Numbered from the stretch's first letter, positions 46,861 to 57,663 are shown. The stretch: 64,000 nt of DNA from an uncultured virus (IMG/VR IMGVR_UViG_3300029309_000011) (IMGVR_UViG_3300029309_000011:1-64000), one strand, 5' to 3'. Made by a program: numbers and translations. The notes: generated from the sequence alone by a model not told the origin.

Positions 46861-47817
46861 TTAAATTTCAACATATTTATAAAGTAGAATTTCCGTCCCA
46901 GAGGTAAATCCTCGGTTAGAAAAAGGAGTACAATTAATTTCTATTCCATGTGCTCTCCAATTTATTGCATCAGCAACATATTGATCAGTAAATGTGGCAT
47001 ATACTTCATATTTATTTGCATTAACAGCACCTGAACCACTGCCGTAATTTGGATCAAACCCTCTAAGTGTCATCCACATATTTCCAGGGTAATTATAAAT
47101 ATCTGCAACAAATGAATTAGTCATAGTGCTGGTTGCACTATATCGTAAATTTATGTCTTCGTTATTTCCACCATAACTTTCGCCATGATCATGGCTACTG
47201 GAATTCTGATAATACCATCTTTCATAATGTATATATCCTTGTTTAGCACCATTAGAATCTAACCACGCCATCCTCATATTAACTTCATTGCTGTAAATAT
47301 TTTCTCCTCTTATTACTAAATGTTTTCCAATCATTTTATACATCGTATCGTTTTCTATATTAGAAAAAGTAATACTTGCGACATCTGTAGAACCAACAGC
47401 TTGTTTCTGCACTAATTGAAAAGCAGCACCTTTGCTTGCAAAACCTGTGCTAGGAAATCTAGCAGAGGGCACTGTTCCTGACGTTAAATTATCAGCATTT
47501 AAATTAGATAGATCAGCTGATGCCATTGACGCATACTCTAATTGTCCTGTGGCGGTTGCTCCGCTACCTGTAATACTTTTAACTTTTAAAAATTTATCTG
47601 CCTCAATATTATTATCAGGCAAAATCATAGTATAACTTTGACCAGAACTATGAGCAGGGGATTTTATTTTTACTGAATTAGTATTATTAGAAGAATTAAG
47701 TTGTAATGTACCATCTGCTCCACCTACGCCTTTTACTTTTATGAGCCCTGTTCCTTTAGGACTAAGTTTAACGTTTGTGTCAGTACTAATTATTTCATCA
47801 ACTTTTATTTTTGACAT
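46861..47817 (-). CDS. tail fibre-related paralog 2
   Basis: Same architecture as paralog 1. Confidence 0.7.
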   Translation of the reverse strand: MSKIKVDEIISTDTNVKLSPKGTGLIKVKGVGGADGTLQLNSSNNTNSVKIKSPAHSSGQSYTMILPDNNIEADKFLKVKSITGSGATATGQLEYASMASADLSNLNADNLTSGTVPSARFPSTGFASKGAAFQLVQKQAVGSTDVASITFSNIENDTMYKMIGKHLVIRGENIYSNEVNMRMAWLDSNGAKQGYIHYERWYYQNSSSHDHGESYGGNNEDINLRYSATSTMTNSFVADIYNYPGNMWMTLRGFDPNYGSGSGAVNANKYEVYATFTDQYVADAINWRAHGIEINCTPFSNRGFTSGTEILLYKYVEI

Positions 47818-47902
47818 CTACATACTGATGATATTTTTTTATTTTACTAGGTAAACATCCTTTCAATCTTATTCATATATAAGAGTATCTCTAATGTGTT
47901 TT

Positions 47903-48829
47903 TTAAGACTCATTATATTTGTAAAGTAAAATTTGTGTACCAGATTGAAGATATCCATTTTGAGAAACAGTTATTCTAACCCCATGTATTCTATCTGTAT
48001 CAGTAGCATTATTAAATCCTGCATAAACTTCGCATTTATTATCATCATTACCTCTTCCATGACCTTGTATTAACATAAAAGTTTTATTAAAAGTATTAGA
48101 ACCAGAGCTTGTGTGATTAACGGTATGTCGTGTAGCTGTATAAAATTCAATATCAAAATAAAATCTTGAAAAATTAGCACCTACATACAATGGTATTTGC
48201 TGGTCAGTACTTGAAGTGAGATTATCATCATTATCATCCCATCTATAATAACTTATATTATCGTGAACATTATTACTTGAATCTAACCACTGAATGTGTA
48301 TATAATTAGTACCGCTATTTGTATTGGCCTCTTTAATAATCATCTTATACATTCCATTATCTGCTAAACTCGTGAAATCTATTTGTTGAATCGTATCATC
48401 ACTTGATACAGTTTGTTTTGATATTAATTGATAACCTGCACCTACTGATCCATCTAAACTATATCTAGCTGTTGGTACTGTACCGCTAGTAAAATTACTA
48501 GCATTTAAACTACTAACATCAGAAGCAGGTAAATCTGCATATTCTAATTGCCCAACGGCAGTACTACCACTACCAGCTATACTTTTTACCTTTAATAATT
48601 TACCTGCTGCAATTTGGTTATCAGGCAAAATAATTGTATGATTTTGTCCTGCACTATTAGCTGGAGATTTTAATTTTACTCCATGACTATTATTCGAGCA
48701 ATTAAGTTGTAATGTACCATCATTACTTGCACCTTTAACTTCTAAAGCTCCATTCGTTCCTTGTGTGCTTATTTTTACATTCTCATTAGTACCACTTGCC
48801 TCAATTTCATCTACATTTAAATTAGCCAT
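47903..48829 (-). CDS. tail fibre-related paralog 3
   Basis: Same architecture as paralog 1. Confidence 0.7.
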   Translation of the reverse strand: MANLNVDEIEASGTNENVKISTQGTNGALEVKGASNDGTLQLNCSNNSHGVKLKSPANSAGQNHTIILPDNQIAAGKLLKVKSIAGSGSTAVGQLEYADLPASDVSSLNASNFTSGTVPTARYSLDGSVGAGYQLISKQTVSSDDTIQQIDFTSLADNGMYKMIIKEANTNSGTNYIHIQWLDSSNNVHDNISYYRWDDNDDNLTSSTDQQIPLYVGANFSRFYFDIEFYTATRHTVNHTSSGSNTFNKTFMLIQGHGRGNDDNKCEVYAGFNNATDTDRIHGVRITVSQNGYLQSGTQILLYKYNES

Positions 48830-48850
48830 AATTTTAAAATTAAATAATTT

Positions 48851-49528
48851 TTAGACAAAAGTCATAACAGAGCTAGAAGTAATCGTAAGAGTGGCACCAG
48901 AAGCAATAGTCAAAGGTCCTATTGATAAATAATTTTTACCTGACGTTGTTGCAAAACTTGCATCCAATTGATTTTCTGCTTCTAAAAACAACTCCTCATT
49001 ACCAGGACCTATTAAACCTGCCCCTGTTGAAGGAAGGTTTGTGAGTCCTGACCCATCACCAACAAAAGCTGAGGCAGTAATACCACTACTACCAAAAGTT
49101 CCTACTTCAGTCCCATCTGAAACTAATCCGACAGTACCAGATGCTTTTTTATATAATCCTGTGTCTGTATCTGCACTGAAAGTTATAGAGGGAAGACTAC
49201 TTGATCCTGCAGGAAATGACCCTCCTGCATTTATGTAATCAGCAGTTGCATATATTATTCCAAAGAATGCTTGACCATTCGCAGGAGCCGAACTAAAAAC
49301 TATGTTCGTTCCTACTAAATTAAATCCTGAAGACCCAGTAGGATCTGGTTCTTGAATAACACCATTTACAGATATTAAAACTTGTTGAGGCGATTTTGGA
49401 AAAGGAGAAGGAGCAACACCTGAAACTTGTAAAGCAAAACTTGTAGTACTCCCATTAAAACCACTACTTATGTCATCAATTAACCTGTAATCTTGAGCAG
49501 AGCGAATAGTATTTCCAATATATGGCAT
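48851..49528 (-). CDS. tail/baseplate-associated protein
   Basis: DDISSGFNGSTTSF...VNGVIQEP module shared with the 40899 fibre. Confidence 0.7.
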   Translation of the reverse strand: MPYIGNTIRSAQDYRLIDDISSGFNGSTTSFALQVSGVAPSPFPKSPQQVLISVNGVIQEPDPTGSSGFNLVGTNIVFSSAPANGQAFFGIIYATADYINAGGSFPAGSSSLPSITFSADTDTGLYKKASGTVGLVSDGTEVGTFGSSGITASAFVGDGSGLTNLPSTGAGLIGPGNEELFLEAENQLDASFATTSGKNYLSIGPLTIASGATLTITSSSVMTFV

Positions 49529-49594
49529 AGCAGATTAACCTAGAAGTCTTCTTAATTTCTTTAATTATTTTAAGCTCAGTAAATATGGGACTTT

Positions 49595-49912
49595 TTAACT
49601 ATTAGGTCCTAATGTAGATGGCTGAGTAGGCCAAACTACATCTGTAATTACGGTATATGTTTGAGGAATATCTCGTAAATTTTGTCTATAAGCAGACCAC
49701 TGAGCCTGATCAACAGAACATCCCGGAGTAACAGTCCAGTCTGTAGATTTTAAAATATAATCTCTTTTTTTTCTAATATTTTCCCAAGTAGAATCATCTA
49801 ATTCTAGTACCTTTTCTCCATAAACTATAATTTCAATAGCCTCAACCTTTGATTTAAGACTTTCAAAATTGTCAGATAAATTTACTAGATCATTATTAAC
49901 TGATAATCCCAT
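49595..49912 (-). CDS. tail fibre assembly chaperone-like protein
   Basis: RDYILKSTDW...YRQNLRDIP...WPTQP. Confidence 0.8.
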   Translation of the reverse strand: MGLSVNNDLVNLSDNFESLKSKVEAIEIIVYGEKVLELDDSTWENIRKKRDYILKSTDWTVTPGCSVDQAQWSAYRQNLRDIPQTYTVITDVVWPTQPSTLGPNS

Positions 49913-49913
49913 T

Positions 49914-50255
49914 TTATGTCTGTTCTAAATAACTTACGGAAACGTCAAGAGTACTAGCACTATCAGTTCTTACTCTTAATACATCACTAGATTCCATAAT
50001 TACCTTTGATCCACTAATTAATTCCAATGAAGAGCCGGCTGGCACTGGTGCATTTTTTAAAAGAAATACATCATCTCCTGAATTAGTAACTAAAAAAACA
50101 TCAACGTCAGCACTTGCTCCAGTTTTATTAGAAACTAAAATACTTAAAAGAACTAATGTTGCAGAAGCACCTGCCGATACGACATTTGCATTAGTGCTGG
50201 TATGTGCATCAGTTACACAACTTGATTTTGTATTGACTTTGAAGGTGTTTGCCAT
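49914..50255 (-). CDS. virion structural protein
   Basis: MANTFK...VPAGSSLEL...KVIMESSDVL pattern common in phage tail regions. Confidence 0.6.
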   Translation of the reverse strand: MANTFKVNTKSSCVTDAHTSTNANVVSAGASATLVLLSILVSNKTGASADVDVFLVTNSGDDVFLLKNAPVPAGSSLELISGSKVIMESSDVLRVRTDSASTLDVSVSYLEQT

Positions 50256-50256
50256 A

Positions 50257-50661
50257 TTATCCTAAAGCAATAATTAGTGCTAAGTTTTCTTCAGAGGTGA
50301 CATCACCAGTAATTGATAATTGTCCATTTATCTGGACATTACCTGTAAAGGTCGCAGCTCCATTAGAATCTATTGTAAGACGACTAGACCCACCAGTAAC
50401 CAAAGCTATTTCATCATTAGCCGGACTTATTATGCCTGTATTAGGATCTCCAGCAAATTTTAAAGCACAGTTAGTAGTAGAACCTCTCTCTAATTGAGAA
50501 TTAGAAGCATCCTGTCTTAATAAAGGAAAACCTCCAGTTGTTGATGCGTCATGTACTATAACAGTTTTTATAGAGGTATCTACAGTTACTTCTCCATCAG
50601 CACCTATAAAATTATTGTGCTGAGCTGTTGTTCCTCTTCTAAATTGAACTTGAGTTGCCAT
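50257..50661 (-). CDS. tail fibre protein with QFRRGT N-terminal domain
   Basis: QVQFRRGT...GEVTVDT. Confidence 0.7.
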   Translation of the reverse strand: MATQVQFRRGTTAQHNNFIGADGEVTVDTSIKTVIVHDASTTGGFPLLRQDASNSQLERGSTTNCALKFAGDPNTGIISPANDEIALVTGGSSRLTIDSNGAATFTGNVQINGQLSITGDVTSEENLALIIALG

Positions 50662-50665
50662 AATA

Positions 50666-52060
50666 CTATCCTAACGCCACTGCTATTGCGGTCGCAAAAC
50701 TTTCAGTGCTTATTGTCCCATTACTGTCAGGAACAGTCATGGTTCTTGTTGTACTTCCTGTTATTCCAGAGCATTCAAAAGCTAATTTTTTGCTTGAATC
50801 GCTATTGTCAGTAACTCTAAAAACATTATCCGCAAACTCAGTCGATCCTCCTCCGACTAAAGCAATTGTTCCGTCCTGATCAGGTATTGTTAATGTCCTT
50901 GTTGTACTACCTGTAATGCCAGAGCAATCAAGTGCAACTATTTTTGTATTATCACTATTATTTCTAACTCTAAATCCACTGTCATTTGTCACTACAGCTG
51001 TTGAAGTTATTGAAGCTAATCCAGTAAATGTAGTTTGACTTGATCCTAATGCAATAGAAGAACTTCCAATAGTAATAGTACTATTTGCAAGATTATTATT
51101 TGCAATTGATGAGGCAGTTGTCAATACTGTTCCTGTTTCTGCCGGTAAAGTTATTGTTACATCAGCTGTGGAGGCCGGTCCTACTAATGTGGCTGAATTA
51201 GTTCCATTATCTGTATCTTCCTTGAAAATTATGCTGCCAGCAGAAGTAGAAGATCCAGTTAAAGTTGGGGCAGTCAGACTTTTATTTGTTAAAGTTTCAG
51301 AACCAGCTAATGTAGCAAACGAATTATCAGTTAATGCAGTATTAAATTCTGCAGTTGTGCCAGATATTGTGTTAGAGCCAAGAGCTAATGTTTTATTTGT
51401 AAGCGTAACAGAGTTTGATAAAGTTACTGGATAAACAATATCGCTAGTTAATGCAACAGTACCAGTAGTGTTAGGTAAAGTTATGGTTTTATCTCCGCCT
51501 GATGCATCAGCTGCTGTTAATATTATTTCGTCAGTATCCGCACTTGACCCTTCAAAAGTTATATTTCCACCAGCTATAGAAATAGCATTTGCAGCGTCTG
51601 CTACTCCAGAAACTAAAGTAGTTGCAGTCAGAGTGGTAGAAGTAAGAGCAGATAAACCTGCAATAGTTGTTGCAGTAGCTCCTAAATTAATGGAAGTACT
51701 TCCTACTGTTAAAGATGAATTTGCTAATTGAGCATTAGGTATTGCACTTGTTCCTAGTTCACCAGTACCAAAATTATAAGTAAGTCCTGATCCAGATGCT
51801 ACACTTATATGTGCTCTGGCTTCAGATGCAGAAGGTCCTGTATATGTAATTACTCCTGTTGAATTGTCATATGAAAGACTACCATCTCCCCCAGAATCAG
51901 TCACAGAAACAGCAGCTCTTGATCTTGTATCAGTGTAATAAAGATTAGTATTCTCAGTTAAATCTGCAGTTGTATTGCCAGCAAAATCTAGTTTATCAGA
52001 AGATGAATCTAACTCCTCAAAAAGCCCTGAAACAAGCACTAATGATTTTCTAGTTGCCAT
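50666..52060 (-). CDS. long tail fibre-like protein
   Basis: TLTNKTL repeats; Thr/Ser-rich; ends AIAVALG. Confidence 0.75.
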   Translation of the reverse strand: MATRKSLVLVSGLFEELDSSSDKLDFAGNTTADLTENTNLYYTDTRSRAAVSVTDSGGDGSLSYDNSTGVITYTGPSASEARAHISVASGSGLTYNFGTGELGTSAIPNAQLANSSLTVGSTSINLGATATTIAGLSALTSTTLTATTLVSGVADAANAISIAGGNITFEGSSADTDEIILTAADASGGDKTITLPNTTGTVALTSDIVYPVTLSNSVTLTNKTLALGSNTISGTTAEFNTALTDNSFATLAGSETLTNKSLTAPTLTGSSTSAGSIIFKEDTDNGTNSATLVGPASTADVTITLPAETGTVLTTASSIANNNLANSTITIGSSSIALGSSQTTFTGLASITSTAVVTNDSGFRVRNNSDNTKIVALDCSGITGSTTRTLTIPDQDGTIALVGGGSTEFADNVFRVTDNSDSSKKLAFECSGITGSTTRTMTVPDSNGTISTESFATAIAVALG

Positions 52061-52126
52061 CTTATATCTAGATTAGATTCTTGTTCAAAAGAACTTATTT
52101 ATATTTATTTTAATCCCACTAAATTG

Positions 52127-52579
52127 TTAACTTAATTCAACAGGTGGTTCTGTCTTTACTATCAATGAAGCAGTAGTAGCAGCTTGTCCTACTCTTGTAA
52201 CATAATGTCCTGAGTTTACTGGAGGATTTTTTGTTATTGATCCTGCAGAATTAGCTGATAAAAAATATTTTTTCCCAGCTTCTAATGGTGCTATTGGAGT
52301 AACTCCTTCTACAATACAACGGACTAAGTTACCTGCAGACGTAGTTGTTTCCACAAAACCAACTACTCTTGCTTTATCTTGGGTATCATTTGCTATTGCT
52401 TTTCCTAATTTTCCGTCACTAGCTCTTGAGAAAACAGCATCACCTTGAACTAAATTTTCAAAAGCCTCCGCTTCAAATCCATTTACTTTATTAGTAATTT
52501 GTCCTGGGTAATTTGTTTTTAAATCTATTAATGCTTCAGTAAAACCTTGAGCATTAGGAGGATAAGGTTGATAAGACAT
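52127..52579 (-). CDS. capsid decoration/cement-like protein
   Basis: AFENLVQGDAV...GKAIA; paralog of the next gene. Confidence 0.55.
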   Translation of the reverse strand: MSYQPYPPNAQGFTEALIDLKTNYPGQITNKVNGFEAEAFENLVQGDAVFSRASDGKLGKAIANDTQDKARVVGFVETTTSAGNLVRCIVEGVTPIAPLEAGKKYFLSANSAGSITKNPPVNSGHYVTRVGQAATTASLIVKTEPPVELS

Positions 52580-53109
52580 TAACTTAATTTAACTGGTGGT
52601 TCAATTTGAATAGACAATAGAGTTGTACTTGCAGCTTCACCTATTCTCACGACTGCTTGACCTGCAGATGAAGGAGGAGTTGCAGTTATTGTCCCAGCTG
52701 TTGTAGGAGATAAAAAGAATAAATCACCTGCGTTTAAACCTGAAATCTCTTTCAGACCGGCTACGACAACTTGTACACTTTCATTTGCTAAACAAGAAAG
52801 ATTTGCAAATCCAATTACAAATGCATTTTCTACACTTCCGTCTGCAGCACTAGCTTTTCCTACTTGACCATCACTGGTTCTCATATATAAAGCATCACCT
52901 TCCGCTATATCTTCAAAAGCAATAGCATTAAAGGTCACTTTGGCCGGAGCAAATGTTGTAAATCCTTCTTTCAAATCAATTACTGCATCCACTAATCCTC
53001 TGTAATTAGGATCGTATGGTTCACGAGTCATATTAACACTATTAGCTACCATCAAATCTCTTAATACAGAGATAGCTCCTTGTATATTTGGTTCGTATCC
53101 TGTTGCCAT
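52579..53109 (-). CDS. capsid decoration/cement-like protein
   Basis: AFEDIAEGDALY...GKASA. Confidence 0.55.
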   Translation of the reverse strand: MATGYEPNIQGAISVLRDLMVANSVNMTREPYDPNYRGLVDAVIDLKEGFTTFAPAKVTFNAIAFEDIAEGDALYMRTSDGQVGKASAADGSVENAFVIGFANLSCLANESVQVVVAGLKEISGLNAGDLFFLSPTTAGTITATPPSSAGQAVVRIGEAASTTLLSIQIEPPVKLS

Positions 53110-53163
53110 GTTAATTATATATAATTATCTATTTTAAACTGTGCCTACCATTATAATAAAAGT

Positions 53164-53412
53164 ATGGAACCTCAAGTTATAGCTGCTATTATTTCAGGAA
53201 GTATTGGAGCTTTTGCTGGTATATCAAGGGCTTTAGGGAATTTTAATAAAAAAATAGATAGAAAATTTGATCGAATACAAAGAGAAGTTGATGACTTAAA
53301 AAACAGTGTAATTCACGATTACGTCTTAAAAGAGGATTTTTTACGAGAAATGCAAGGTGTACATACTAAATTAGATAGAATTTTAGATCATTTATTAAAT
53401 CATACTAATTAA
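53164..53412 (+). CDS. small TM plus coiled-coil protein
   Basis: Own TATAAT promoter; opposite strand to its neighbours. Confidence 0.65.
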   Translation: MEPQVIAAIISGSIGAFAGISRALGNFNKKIDRKFDRIQREVDDLKNSVIHDYVLKEDFLREMQGVHTKLDRILDHLLNHTN

Positions 53413-53843
53413 ACATTAACCCAAGCAGAACTAGAAGCTAAATATATTTTCAATACACCACTACCACCTCCAGATGTGTCCCAATGTAATTGACCATCAA
53501 TTGGATTAGCTGGTTGTCCAGACGAAACAGATGCTACTGCTTTTACCGTTTGAAATGATGTTCCATCAAAAATTTTTAATATATGAGTGCTTACTGTATC
53601 TAACCAAGTTTCACCTTTACTTAAAGATGTAAAACCGGCACCAGAGGTATTTGGAGCTGTGCTACCTATATGTACAGGACCAACTTTTATTAATCCTGTA
53701 TTTGGAGAAGCTGTATTATCAGCAAAAAATAATCCTGGGCTAACACTATTATTATTTAGAGCTAACTCTCCCTCTCCTAATCTGATAGGAAAAGGTCGGT
53801 CATTAACTGTACTTGATCTTCTTGTTTGAATTTGTACTGCCAT
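53409..53843 (-). CDS. tail fibre N-terminal-type protein
   Basis: IQTRRS...GELALN...GETWLDT. Confidence 0.65.
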   Translation of the reverse strand: MAVQIQTRRSSTVNDRPFPIRLGEGELALNNNSVSPGLFFADNTASPNTGLIKVGPVHIGSTAPNTSGAGFTSLSKGETWLDTVSTHILKIFDGTSFQTVKAVASVSSGQPANPIDGQLHWDTSGGGSGVLKIYLASSSAWVNV

Positions 53844-53845
53844 AA

Positions 53846-56122
53846 TTAAACATCTGTATTTAAATACAATCCTGCATCTACTACTGTATCTTGAGCAGTC
53901 TCAGGATCATAAGTGCTGGCATCAAGATTACTAGTGTTAATAGCAGAATCAACTAATTCACCATTTATATAAGCACCTGAATCTATCAATCCCGATTCGA
54001 AAATGTTAGTAAATTCCGTAAGTGGTTTATTTATAATCCCAAATTTTATGTCATCAAGTACAGTCGGAGATTTATTAAAGAGTTTATTAACCATCGCTAT
54101 CATTCTATTTGTTGTATTTAAAGAAAGTCCAGATCTATCCAATCCACCCTGTGAATCACGTTTTAAGCTGTCTGTCAAAGTCATTGCTACAACGGATGGA
54201 TCAAAATTCGCAACTTTTTGTTTATTATTAAAATTACCAATAATTTCTTTATTTCCTTCCCACTTAGTAGTTCGATTATATAAAGCAAATATCTCTGCAG
54301 ATTCTTTAAGTTTTTCTTGTTCTTTTTTCCAATTTCTTTCCCATGTCTCAAGACCTTTACCTATAGGTTTATCACTAGGTTCTAATAACCATGCTCCAAC
54401 ATATTCATGTTTTTTTAAGTTCTCTACAGTCACATAACCACTAGTTGTTTCATCAAATGGATAGACTACAACAAAACTATTCAGACTAGGAACATCTGTT
54501 ATTGTATACTCTCCTGAAATAGCGTTTCCACTTGTAAAATTTAATTGAATTTTATCGTTTTTATTTAAATTATGATTATTAAAATCTACAGTTATATTTA
54601 CTCCAGATTGAGAATATTTTGCGGCTAATTTCAAAGGCTCATTACCTTCATCATGCACTAAAGACCACATTGCTGCGTAAATATGTTTACACCAACGGAG
54701 TTGATAATATTGTAAATTTTGAAAAGAATCTTCTTTTTTATCTTCGTATTCTGGTAATTCGTAAAAATTATTTACAGTTACATATCCTAAATCTCTAAAA
54801 GTACCAGGAATATCTCTCTCATTACTAAGAGTTCCGTCTGGTTGTAAAACATTCCCCGGTTTGGTATCTCTAATTGGGGTTACGGGAAATCTGGAAGTAT
54901 TAGATTGCTTAAATAAATCATAACTGTCTCTCCTTGAAAAGTCTTGACAAGAACAATTCCATCTTAATTCTGTTGTTAAGAATCTACCTACTGCAAAACC
55001 TCTATGAGCTGGAACAGTAGTTTTAGCTACTGTATCTATAGTTTTTGCTCCATAACTATCTTTTTTTTGAAAAATAATTTCGTTAGTATTTACATCAGAT
55101 CCAGTAACCGTATATCCTACATAGTCGTCATATCTAAATCCTCTCAATAATCTACTTAAAATAAGATTTCCTGAAGTAGATCCACTTGTTATTGTAGTAA
55201 TTTTAAATTCAGTTGTTGAAGTAACTTCTATTGTATATCTTCCAGAAAGAACATTACCAGTACTTACATCTAAAAATACTTTGTTACCTGTAGATAAGCC
55301 GTGGACTGAATTACAAGTAACAGTAACATCAGAACCAGATCGTATATATGTTGAAGGAATGCCTGGATCTTTTTCTATTATTCGATCTGCCATTCTTTCA
55401 CCAGTAAGAAATGCAACTTCTGTAGGCAAATTTCTTAATTTAACTCTTACAAATCTCCATCTAGTGTCGTTAAATGCTGTGGAATTATGGTAAATAATAT
55501 TACCTGAAGTTGTTAAAGAATTTGTTGCTGTAAGAGTAAATGTATTTTGTGTCTTGCTTACAATTTGTAAAGTTTCATCAACTGCATTTCCGCTAGATAT
55601 ATCTAAAAAAACCTCGTCACCGGGAAATAAACCATGCTCAGTTTTGGTTACAATCAAAGTATTTCCATTTTGCTGATAAGTGGCCTCTACTGAAGGTGCC
55701 AAGTATCTTACAGCAAGAATTGGTAAGCCAAAATCGTAAAAACTAAAACCATCTGTATCCCGCATCCCACAGACATGTTCACCTAATTCTTTATTTTTAG
55801 AAGGAAATGTAAATATTCTGGCAGGAATAAAAACACCTGGAAACTGTTGAAATGTAAAAAATAATCTATAATCTCCTCTTTTATCTCTTTCTTTTGAAGT
55901 TGATCCTAATATAGTTTGCATCATTACATATAATTCATAACCTCTTCTCCATCTAGTCCATAAAGAATCTTGATTATAAAATTTTACTTCACTCTCAAAC
56001 TCATAACCATCAGCCCCTCTTGGATAAATACTTGGCTGTTTTGGTTTATTATCAAAATTTTTAAATTTTTTGTTAAAATCGAAATTTGATGATTTTCCAA
56101 AATCTTTTATTTCGAATGCCAC
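53846..56122 (-). CDS. large virion-region protein with split SWIM-type Zn finger and repeated HGLxxGD beta domains
   Basis: WNCSCQDF ... WCKHIYAA; three HGL/HNL repeats. Confidence 0.6.
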   Translation of the reverse strand: MAFEIKDFGKSSNFDFNKKFKNFDNKPKQPSIYPRGADGYEFESEVKFYNQDSLWTRWRRGYELYVMMQTILGSTSKERDKRGDYRLFFTFQQFPGVFIPARIFTFPSKNKELGEHVCGMRDTDGFSFYDFGLPILAVRYLAPSVEATYQQNGNTLIVTKTEHGLFPGDEVFLDISSGNAVDETLQIVSKTQNTFTLTATNSLTTSGNIIYHNSTAFNDTRWRFVRVKLRNLPTEVAFLTGERMADRIIEKDPGIPSTYIRSGSDVTVTCNSVHGLSTGNKVFLDVSTGNVLSGRYTIEVTSTTEFKITTITSGSTSGNLILSRLLRGFRYDDYVGYTVTGSDVNTNEIIFQKKDSYGAKTIDTVAKTTVPAHRGFAVGRFLTTELRWNCSCQDFSRRDSYDLFKQSNTSRFPVTPIRDTKPGNVLQPDGTLSNERDIPGTFRDLGYVTVNNFYELPEYEDKKEDSFQNLQYYQLRWCKHIYAAMWSLVHDEGNEPLKLAAKYSQSGVNITVDFNNHNLNKNDKIQLNFTSGNAISGEYTITDVPSLNSFVVVYPFDETTSGYVTVENLKKHEYVGAWLLEPSDKPIGKGLETWERNWKKEQEKLKESAEIFALYNRTTKWEGNKEIIGNFNNKQKVANFDPSVVAMTLTDSLKRDSQGGLDRSGLSLNTTNRMIAMVNKLFNKSPTVLDDIKFGIINKPLTEFTNIFESGLIDSGAYINGELVDSAINTSNLDASTYDPETAQDTVVDAGLYLNTDV

Positions 56123-56126
56123 TATT

Positions 56127-56669
56127 TTAAAATCTCAAATTTACATTAGCATTAGCTCCATAATTACCATGACTACCTCCATGAACATTAAAATTAAATG
56201 GTCCTCTTTTATATTCACCCATAATATCTAAGGTAGTAGGCCCTTGAAATCTTTTGTCTACATTGACTGATCCAGACAAACCTTTATCTGGATTCCCAAA
56301 AGTTTTTTGTGCTCCAAAACCTCCAAGATCTAAAGATGTATTTACGCCAGAGTTAATTTTCCTTAACATTTTCTTAAATGAATTGTTTTTTTCAGGATTA
56401 TATGGCATTTTCTGAAAATATGTATCATCATTTTCAGGATCATACGGCATTGTTTCTATACCTAAATTATCCTCTTCAGGTCTGTAAATTAAATTTTTAA
56501 CTTTCGCAAAGGCTTTGTTGAGAAGTTGATCTTTTATTTTATTAAATTGTTCTTTTTCCGGATCAAACGCCCCTTCATTATAGGCTTGTCTAAATAGTTC
56601 TGTAAAACCTTGTAATGGACCTCCAACTTGTCTACTAGTGGCTATTTTTTCTCCAAAAAAATCTTCCAT
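56127..56669 (-). CDS. hypothetical protein with beta-rich C-terminus
   Basis: ORF track. Confidence 0.5.
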   Translation of the reverse strand: MEDFFGEKIATSRQVGGPLQGFTELFRQAYNEGAFDPEKEQFNKIKDQLLNKAFAKVKNLIYRPEEDNLGIETMPYDPENDDTYFQKMPYNPEKNNSFKKMLRKINSGVNTSLDLGGFGAQKTFGNPDKGLSGSVNVDKRFQGPTTLDIMGEYKRGPFNFNVHGGSHGNYGANANVNLRF

Positions 56670-56671
56670 TT

Positions 56672-57463
56672 TTAGTAGAAACCTCCCTGCACATTACAGT
56701 AAAAACCATTAGTCAAAGCAGTTGCCCCACTTGCTGCTACATATAAAGCCTGACCTCTTCTCAGCATCAAACCTCTTTGTTTTGGTGCTATTTCATTGTT
56801 TCCAGATCCAAAATTATTTCCTGCTTGAACTGTAGGGTGATTTATAAAAGGTAATTTTTTATTTAAAGTTAAACTATATTCTTGTTGGCTACAATCAACA
56901 CTAGCTACAAATAATGGAAAGAATTGATTTATATTAGTGACTGTACCGGTGCTTACAAGATAGAAACAAAAATCAGTAGGTAAAGAAACATCAACATTAC
57001 CTGTTATAGTCCCTCCTACTGCAGGAATATCTACATCAAATGTTGTTGCAGTAAAGTTTGTTGTATTCTTTACTTCAAAAGTATCATCCAAAGGTACAGA
57101 TCCTGAACTGTAAGTTTTAAAGTCTAAAAATACATTCTGACCAATTTCTAAATTATGTCCAGAACTTAAAGTAACTGTACAAGTTGTTCCATTAGCAGAG
57201 TAAGTACCTGTTGTAGCGGAAACGGCATCTATTGTTTGTAAAACTCTTTTTGTATATCTAAAGAATATTTCATCAACATAGGCTCCACTGATTGCAGTAT
57301 CCGTCAATCCAGAGTCAACGTCAAAAATTTTAGTAGCATTACCAACCGCTGTAGGAATCAAACTGGTTAAGAAAGATTGACCTGAAGAAACCGTGATTAA
57401 TGTGGAGGCGGTTGCTGGACGATCCACCATTAATGGTTGTTTGTTTGAACTACTGCTTGACAC
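56672..57463 (-). CDS. virion structural protein
   Basis: Context; HNLEIG beta domain. Confidence 0.6.
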   Translation of the reverse strand: MSSSSSNKQPLMVDRPATASTLITVSSGQSFLTSLIPTAVGNATKIFDVDSGLTDTAISGAYVDEIFFRYTKRVLQTIDAVSATTGTYSANGTTCTVTLSSGHNLEIGQNVFLDFKTYSSGSVPLDDTFEVKNTTNFTATTFDVDIPAVGGTITGNVDVSLPTDFCFYLVSTGTVTNINQFFPLFVASVDCSQQEYSLTLNKKLPFINHPTVQAGNNFGSGNNEIAPKQRGLMLRRGQALYVAASGATALTNGFYCNVQGGFY

Positions 57464-57511
57464 TGTTACTTTCTAAAAGACTTAGTTTAATTATATAGGA
57501 AGGTTTTTTTC

Positions 57512-57663
57512 CTATTTTTTCTCTTTTTTTTCTTTTTTACTTTTAGCATCTCTAGCTTTATCTAAAGCTTCTTTGCGTTTTTCTTTATCAGACATTTTTT
57601 CACCACTACCGTCCTCTTTCTTTTTGTTTTTATTTTTAAAATACTCAAGAAGTTGAGGAGGCA
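57512..57663 (-). CDS. small Lys-rich protein (MPPQLLEYFK; start approximate)
   Basis: ORF track. Confidence 0.45.

Noticed and set aside
41242..55493. Many + strand ORFs antisense to tail genes (e.g. 41929, 43653, 51168, 54003)
   Set aside because: Shadow ORFs arising from Gly/Ser/Thr/Ala codon bias of the real minus-strand genes; the separate gene at 53164 is retained.
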